From contig JBHLKY010000026.1 of assembly GCA_048886185.1 (NCBI GenBank), positions 17,437-49,436 on the forward strand: a DNA stretch of 32,000 nt. The letters run 5' to 3'. A model generated the notes under the pieces. The model saw only the letters and a list, made by a program, of their open reading frames with translations, had not been told where the DNA came from and did not search any database. Source of the DNA: Candidatus Hermodarchaeota archaeon. Its GTDB lineage: Archaea > Asgardarchaeota > Heimdallarchaeia > Hodarchaeales > Hodarchaeaceae. The translations under genes and the position numbers were made by a program. Shown piece after piece: positions 28,004 to 32,000 of this stretch; within the stretch, counting starts at the first letter, position 1; the number at the start of each line of letters is the position of its first letter.

Positions 28004-28996
28004 ATGAAAGTTTTATTTGGTCTCAGAATTCCTCCTGAGTTACAGAAACATTACCGAGATAATATACCTGAAAATATTGATCTAATTTTTCCCGAGGTAA
28101 TAACTGATGATATTCTACTAGAATTTGCTCCAACGATAGATGTTCTCGTTGCATACCAATTATCCCAAGGATTTATGGAGAAAGTTGAAAAGTTAAAACA
28201 TATTCAAGTTCCCTGGACAGGCTCTGAAACACTTGATTTTTCTCTACTTAAACAGTATCCACATATTACAGTCTCAAATTCACATTCCAATTCCTTAGCG
28301 ATCGCTGAACATGCAATCTCCCTTTTACTCTCTGCAGCTAAAAGAATTACATATCGTGACTCTTATATGAGGAAGGGAGATTGGTCTCCACGTTACAATG
28401 ATGAGAACTCTTATTGGATTTCAGGAAAAACTCTTGGAGTGATAGGTTACGGAGCAATCGGTGAGAAGGTGGCTAAAATTCTAAGAGGTGGGTTCAATAT
28501 GAGAGTTCTTGCCATTAAACGAGATCCAACTCGATTTAATCAAAATAACCATATTGATTTTATGGGAGGCCCGGAAGATCTCTCTCAAATCCTTGATGAT
28601 TCGGATTTTATCCTTATCTCCGTACCACTGACAACGGAAACAGAAGGAATGATTGGGAAGAATGAGTTACAACTAATGAAAAAGACAGCCATCATTGTAA
28701 ATATCTCACGCGGCTCTATAATTGACGAAAAAGCTCTTTATGAACATCTCATGCAGAATAAAGGTGTAATTGCTGCATTAGATGTGTGGTATAATTATCC
28801 CAAAGATAAAAAAAATCCAATTACACTTCAAAATTACCCATTCGAAGAGCTAGATAATGTGGTTATGAGTCCACATTCCGCATTTAAGGTTCTTGAGAGA
28901 GAAAAAGTGTTCACTGAAGATATCATTACTAATATCTCATTGATAGCAAAAAAGAAATCCCCCATAAATCAGCTCAATTTAGATTTGGGATATTAA
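28004..28996 (+). CDS. D-isomer-specific 2-hydroxyacid dehydrogenase (alternative start TTG 27983)
   Basis: NSHSN...AEHA, Rossmann GVIGYGAIG, VNISRG, ALDVW and SPH. Confidence 0.92.
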   Translation: MKVLFGLRIPPELQKHYRDNIPENIDLIFPEVITDDILLEFAPTIDVLVAYQLSQGFMEKVEKLKHIQVPWTGSETLDFSLLKQYPHITVSNSHSNSLAIAEHAISLLLSAAKRITYRDSYMRKGDWSPRYNDENSYWISGKTLGVIGYGAIGEKVAKILRGGFNMRVLAIKRDPTRFNQNNHIDFMGGPEDLSQILDDSDFILISVPLTTETEGMIGKNELQLMKKTAIIVNISRGSIIDEKALYEHLMQNKGVIAALDVWYNYPKDKKNPITLQNYPFEELDNVVMSPHSAFKVLEREKVFTEDIITNISLIAKKKSPINQLNLDLGY

Positions 28997-29392
28997 TACC
29001 AGATTTCTCGTCTGTCTTGTACTGGAAAAAACATCATCAATGGCTATTTTAAATTACAAAAGAATATAGCATACCTAGATATATAGTTTCATCAATTCAT
29101 TCATAAGAGTTCAGTCAATCATGGTAAATTAAATATCAAAAACTCCTATCTGTCTCATAACGTTGGATACGACTAGTTTTTTATATAAAAACGAATGTGA
29201 ATCAATACAAATATTTTTCAACGAACACTTATGAGATGAATTTTCAAAAATGCTTTATAACGAATTTCCAAACCTTAAAGCAACAAAATTCTGGCTTAGC
29301 AATGATATTTTTATCGTTCACAATGATATACCTGTGGATTCTCCTCACTCAGAAACAACAGTCATAATAGATCAAAAGAATAAGGATTGGGT

Positions 29393-29782
29393 TTATTCTA
29401 GATAGCTCAGAAGCTGCTCACTATTGGAAATATCTGAAAGAGTTTCGCTATTTACGACAAACAGAGGGGTTCGGAACCCCTTAACTGTAAATTTTATTTT
29501 ATTCCACAGGCTTTTACCAATGTCGACAATCTTAATATCGATTCCAGTGTTTTCTTGCACATATTTAGCTATATTTATTGCATTCCAATCTTTATCGGAA
29601 TAGAAGCGTCCGACACAATCACCTACTTCATCAAGATTGACAGTTGGGTTTTTATAGCTTATAAATCCCGCGCGACTAAATCCCTTGCCACGAAGTCTTT
29701 CAGCACCTTGTTGACTCGCAATAGATCTTGTATCGATATTTATCGACTTGACATATAATATAATCTTACTCTGTTCAGTCAA
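29393..29782 (-). CDS. Hypothetical protein, possible thioredoxin-like fold
   Basis: TTG at 29782 follows a GAGGGG SD-like motif; the track's start at 29842 is probably too early. Segments IILYVK...IKIVDI...TPLFVVN...EQLLSYL. Confidence 0.5.
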   Translation of the reverse strand: MTEQSKIILYVKSINIDTRSIASQQGAERLRGKGFSRAGFISYKNPTVNLDEVGDCVGRFYSDKDWNAINIAKYVQENTGIDIKIVDIGKSLWNKIKFTVKGFRTPLFVVNSETLSDISNSEQLLSYLE

Positions 29783-30264
29783 ATATTGCCCCTCATCATT
29801 TTCTTGTGTTAACACATATATTCTAGAAAGAGAAACCCACATTTTTCACAGTATGTATATATACCATATATCACTAATGATATGAGCAATAATTGTCAAT
29901 CTATCTTTTTCTCAATTACTTCTCTGTGCCTTTCTTTATTAATTTTTTCATCTGAACGAAGCCGATTTTTCGAGAATAAAATACATGTTGATTTTGAAAT
30001 TAAAATTTCTTCTTCTTTATCAGTAAAAACATTTAAAATCTGTCTACACGCGTTTTTCAATTGTATATCCATTTCAATTGTTCTAGGAGCGTGTGTCATA
30101 TCTGATAGTTTAATCCAGATTTCCTCCGATACATCACCATCAAGATCGTTTATTAAAAGAAAAATATAAACGCGAGTGTTTCAAAAAAGCAGCTAAAGTA
30201 GCCACCAAAGTGTTCCCCAAAAGCAGTTTTTTTAAATCTAATTTGATGAATTGATTCATGAAAA

Positions 30265-30948
30265 ATGTTTTGGTATGATAGTATGTTAAGAAAATCTAAA
30301 TATAAAATCCCCAAATTGGGAAAACTATTTTTGATTTCGACCAAATGGCCAATTAGTGGTTTTACAGCAATTATTATTTTCTGTGTTTTTACTTTTATTG
30401 CTATTATTGTCTCTCCTACACCATTAACAGCATTAAATAATAACTTAAGTTCATTAGGAGATTTCTATGATAATCCAAACGGTGCTCTGTTTTTCAATTT
30501 AGGTATGGTTTTTTCAGGTCTATTTTGCATTTTCCTCTACTATGGACTTTATTACAGTTTTTTGGAGAAAAATAGTCATTCTTTGATGAATATTCAAATA
30601 ATTGCTGGACTTCTTAATAGTTTTGCTCTTATTATGGCAGGAATTTTTTCTGAAACAATGGAAACTTACTCTATTCATGAATTTTGGAGCTTGGTAATTT
30701 TTATTACATTTTTACCAATATTATTCTGTATTAGCACAATTCTACTTGAATATCCAAAATATAAGAAGATTGCTTATTATGGGTTTATTGTAGCTTTAAT
30801 TGATTTTATTTTTCTTATTATGCTTATGTTTAGTGGCATTGAAACAAATATTCCTATTTTTGAATGGTTTTCTGTATTTTCCTATATTGGGTGGATTGGT
30901 TGGCTTTCATTAAAAATAGAACTAAGAGAATTATTAGCCAATCAATAA
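30265..30948 (+). CDS. DUF998-like multi-pass membrane protein
   Basis: About 6 TM segments, with NNLSSLG...FFNLGMVFSG, AGIFSE and a conserved-looking His (IHEFWS). Confidence 0.7.
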   Translation: MFWYDSMLRKSKYKIPKLGKLFLISTKWPISGFTAIIIFCVFTFIAIIVSPTPLTALNNNLSSLGDFYDNPNGALFFNLGMVFSGLFCIFLYYGLYYSFLEKNSHSLMNIQIIAGLLNSFALIMAGIFSETMETYSIHEFWSLVIFITFLPILFCISTILLEYPKYKKIAYYGFIVALIDFIFLIMLMFSGIETNIPIFEWFSVFSYIGWIGWLSLKIELRELLANQ

Positions 30949-31168
30949 TTTAATACTACCTCTTCTAAAACGTAAATTCCTCCTCGGTTGAATGAAATGC
31001 ATCAAAGATAACCTATGCCTTTCATTCATGCTCACTGCGACTCCCTTTAGGTAGACCATATTCTGTCTATGAAGATATAGATATTTATGTTAATGATAAT
31101 TCAGAAATAACGTCTTCAGACAACAGAAGATTTACGATTTCTGAATCATGACAAGGGTCTTTTATTCG

Positions 31169-31214
31169 ATGTTTAGCACTCTATGAACAGCATGTCTAGC
31201 ACTCTATGAACAGT
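31169..31214. repeat. Two tandem 23-bp direct repeats
   Basis: atgtttagcactctatgaacagc followed directly by atgtctagcactctatgaacagt (2 mismatches). Confidence 0.9.
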
Positions 31215-31290
31215 ATCATTCAGTGGAATATTTTTTACCCCGAATAATATGTTTTTAAGAACTGAGTTATTATTAATTTTGGCGATACTT

Positions 31291-32000
31291 TTGAATAACA
31301 AGGTAAAATTTGGCATATATATTGCTAACCATGGAATTACAAGTAATCCACAAGATTACATCAAGTTAGCTAAGAGTGGGGAAGAATGTGGATGGGATGG
31401 TTTCTTTTTATGGGATCACGTTTTTCTACCGTGGGCAACAGATCAAGACGTCTTAGATCCATGGATTATATTGTCTGCAATAGCTACTCAAACGAATAAA
31501 ATCACTATTGGTACAACAGTAACACCATTAGCAAGAAGAAGGCCAATGATAATAGCAAGAGAATCTATTACAATAGATAGACTTTCTAGTGGAAGATTTA
31601 TTCTTGGTGTGGGTTTGGGATCAACAGCAGAATTAAAAGCTCTAGGTGAAGAGGAGAACCCTAAGATTAGAGGGGATATACTTGATGAATCTTTAGAGAT
31701 TCTAAAAGGTTTGTGGTCTGGAAAACCCTTTACTTTTGATGGAAAACACTTCAAAATAAAAGAACCAGTTAAATTTAAACCAGAAGGTAATATAAAGATC
31801 TGGGTCGGAGGTACATGGCCAAACAAAAAACCATTTCGACGGGCTGCGAAATATGATGGAATTTTTCCATTGAAAGCTGGATCTGATCCCTCATTATATC
31901 CTGAAGATTATCAAGAAATTTTAAGTTATATTAGAAAGTATCGGAAATCACTAGACTCATTTGATGTTGTAAAAAGCATTGTAACCGTTGGAGACAAAGA
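31291..32000 (+). CDS. LLM-class (luciferase-like) flavin-dependent oxidoreductase (3' end runs off the window)
   Basis: Hand-translated from TTG 31291: KFGIYI...EECGWDGFFLWDHV, DPWIILSAIA, IGTTVTPLARRRP, DRLSSGRFILGVGLG and IWVGG. Confidence 0.92.
   Translation, partial: MNNKVKFGIYIANHGITSNPQDYIKLAKSGEECGWDGFFLWDHVFLPWATDQDVLDPWIILSAIATQTNKITIGTTVTPLARRRPMIIARESITIDRLSSGRFILGVGLGSTAELKALGEEENPKIRGDILDESLEILKGLWSGKPFTFDGKHFKIKEPVKFKPEGNIKIWVGGTWPNKKPFRRAAKYDGIFPLKAGSDPSLYPEDYQEILSYIRKYRKSLDSFDVVKSIVTVGDK

Noticed and set aside
29882-30344. ORFs 29882-30169 (+), 29896-30099 (-), 30153-30344 (-) and a possible frameshifted minus-strand gene from 30259
   Set aside because: They are mutually overlapping with no motifs. 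The joined version would start 5 bp from the divergent DUF998-like gene, so it cannot be supported without homology data.
4600-31826. Remaining short (60-112 aa) ORFs nested in or antisense to the long genes
   Set aside because: They are fully contained within well-supported CDSs and carry no independent motifs.
1-32000. tRNA, rRNA, CRISPR array, IS element or integrase
   Set aside because: I saw no cloverleaf, repeat-spacer array, terminal inverted repeats or transposase/integrase motifs.

Overview
AT-rich archaeal chromosomal window, probably Asgard (Heimdallarchaeia/Hodarchaeales-like); the lineage is inferred from gene content only. I found no rRNA, tRNA, CRISPR array or mobile element. 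Most genes are metabolic: a partial amidohydrolase, an epoxide hydrolase, a tandem GNAT, two PLP aminotransferases, a galactokinase-like kinase, a reductive dehalogenase-like protein, a 2-hydroxyacid dehydrogenase, a DUF998 membrane protein and a partial LLM oxidoreductase. The main candidate system is a tightly packed five-gene minus-strand operon, nurA-herA-mre11-rad50-(Hrq1/MrfA-type DUF1998 helicase). Its Rad50 has no CxxC zinc hook. Other notable items are a membrane subtilase whose domain order resembles eukaryotic site-1 protease, an AAA+/REase-like/wHTH fusion, two tandem apparently nuclease-dead Mrr-fold paralogs, a Vps62/NPP1-like fold split by transmembrane helices, and a probable ATT start codon. 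All family calls come from reading motifs by eye; no searches were run.
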